Assembly (NCBI GenBank): GCA_036554665.1 | Contig: DATBMU010000157.1 | Span: 1-34,256 of the forward strand | DNA: 34,256 nucleotides | Origin: Actinomycetota bacterium | GTDB lineage: Bacteria; Actinomycetota; UBA4738; HRBIN12 | Direction of reading: 5' to 3' | Part shown: positions 33,630 to 34,256 of the stretch, in pieces | Position numbering within the stretch: position 1 is the first letter of the stretch | Layout of the letters: the number at the start of each line of letters is the position of its first letter | Translations under genes and position numbers: made by a program | Notes under the pieces: model-generated | The model's input: only the letters and a program-made list of their open reading frames with translations | The model's database searches: none | Told to the model about the DNA's origin: nothing

Positions 33630-34043
33630 TCAGGCCGCGCGGCGCTCGGCGCCGAAGACGATCGCGACGTCCGGCTTCAGCGACAGCGAGTTGTGAACGG
33701 TGCAGCGCCGGAGCACGGCCATCAGCGCGTCGCGCCGCTCCTCGGGGAACCCGTCGGGCAGGTGCACGTCCAGGTGGATCGTCCGCACCCGGGCGGGTCG
33801 ATCCGACGCGAGCTCGAACGAGCACTCGACCTCGAACCCCTCGACCGGCAGCTCATGGCGTGTCAGGTAGCGCCCGCCGTAGAACGCGACGCACGACGCG
33901 AGACCGGCGACGAACAGCTCGGTCGGGGTCGGCGCGCTGTCGTCCCCGCCGTCCTCCACGGGCTGGTCCACCCGGATCTCGTGGCCGCGCACCGCGATCC
34001 GGTACCGGTCGCCGCCCTCGTGCCGAACCTGGATGTCCGACAT
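33630..34043 (-). CDS. OsmC/Ohr-family peroxiredoxin-like protein
   Basis: 137 aa with the two conserved Cys contexts GLASCVAF and RRCTVHNS. A GAGGAGGGAG SD lies upstream. It is convergent with the SixA-like gene, with a 6-nt gap. Confidence 0.8.
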   Translation of the reverse strand: MSDIQVRHEGGDRYRIAVRGHEIRVDQPVEDGGDDSAPTPTELFVAGLASCVAFYGGRYLTRHELPVEGFEVECSFELASDRPARVRTIHLDVHLPDGFPEERRDALMAVLRRCTVHNSLSLKPDVAIVFGAERRAA

Positions 34044-34157
34044 GCTCCCTCCTCGATCGCGCCGCCAGCGTGGCGGAGGCGGGGCGATATCGACCGCGTC
34101 GAACGGCCTGCGATCGCCGGACCGAAGGCCCGGCGCGGGTCCACCGGGCGCCGCTGG

Positions 34158-34163
34158 TATCGT
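34158..34163 (+). promoter_or_regulatory. Candidate extended -10 (TGgTATCGT) for the last, truncated gene
   Basis: The plus strand reads CTGGTATCGTccgggcccgATG. The hexamer ends 9 nt before the ATG at 34173, giving a near-leaderless geometry. Confidence 0.25.
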
Positions 34164-34172
34164 CCGGGCCCG

Positions 34173-34256
34173 ATGAACGCCGATGACCTCCGCGCCGCGA
34201 TCTCCGAGGGCATGCCCCGCTCCGTCGAGGAGCTCGAGCGCCTCGTCCGGATCCCG
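34173..34256 (+). CDS. 5' end of a CDS running off the window, possibly an M20-family peptidase/deacylase
   Basis: MNADDLRAAISEGMPRSVEELERLVRIP is open to the window edge. The ...EELxxLVRIP(S) N-terminus is typical of M20 (ArgE/DapE/dipeptidase) enzymes, but 28 aa is too little to be sure. Confidence 0.35.
   Translation, partial: MNADDLRAAISEGMPRSVEELERLVRIP

Overview
This is a very GC-rich, gene-dense window with about 40 CDS and one tRNA, nearly all on the minus strand. The many long alternative-frame and antisense ORFs in the track are high-GC artefacts. The backbone is the housekeeping super-cluster known from Actinomycetota (M. tuberculosis Rv1292-Rv1311 order): argS, hom, thrC, thrB, rho, rpmE, prfA, prmC, tsaC, wecA, then the atp operon (atpZ/I-B-E-F-H-A, with atpA cut at the window edge). 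The organism is probably a deep-branching actinobacterium, but that is inference only. Several modules are inserted into this backbone. (1) A GNAT acetyltransferase sits where lysA normally is. (2) An island of about 8 kb lies between thrB and rho. It carries an archaeal-type glycogen-debranching-like enzyme, an L,D-transpeptidase, a MarP-like CvpA-trypsin protease, a metallophosphoesterase, a cyclic-2,3-diphosphoglycerate-synthetase-like gene, a 2-phosphoglycerate kinase and an Fsa/Tal aldolase. (3) DUF1385 and DivIVA lie between rpmE and prfA. (4) An LMW-PTP, rpiB and glyA block, arranged as in Firmicutes, lies between tsaC and wecA. (5) A potA-D-B-C polyamine-type ABC importer lies between wecA and atp. 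The 3' end holds an orphan receiver domain, tRNA-Arg(CCG), an F420/deazaflavin-type oxidoreductase, a SixA-like phosphatase, OsmC and the start of a probable M20 peptidase. I saw no CRISPR array, IS or transposon, integrase, phage gene or recognisable defence system. The best candidate for something undescribed is the metallophosphoesterase / cDPG-synthetase-like / 2-phosphoglycerate-kinase / Fsa block. It looks like the archaeal cDPG extremolyte pathway in a bacterium, and its genes are linked by overlapping or abutting stop and start codons straight into the essential rho gene. Many genes are joined by ATGA/GTGA overlaps. Several candidate promoters have TAnnnT -10 boxes placed so that the transcripts would be leaderless or nearly so. 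All calls come from reading the translations and motifs; no database search was run.
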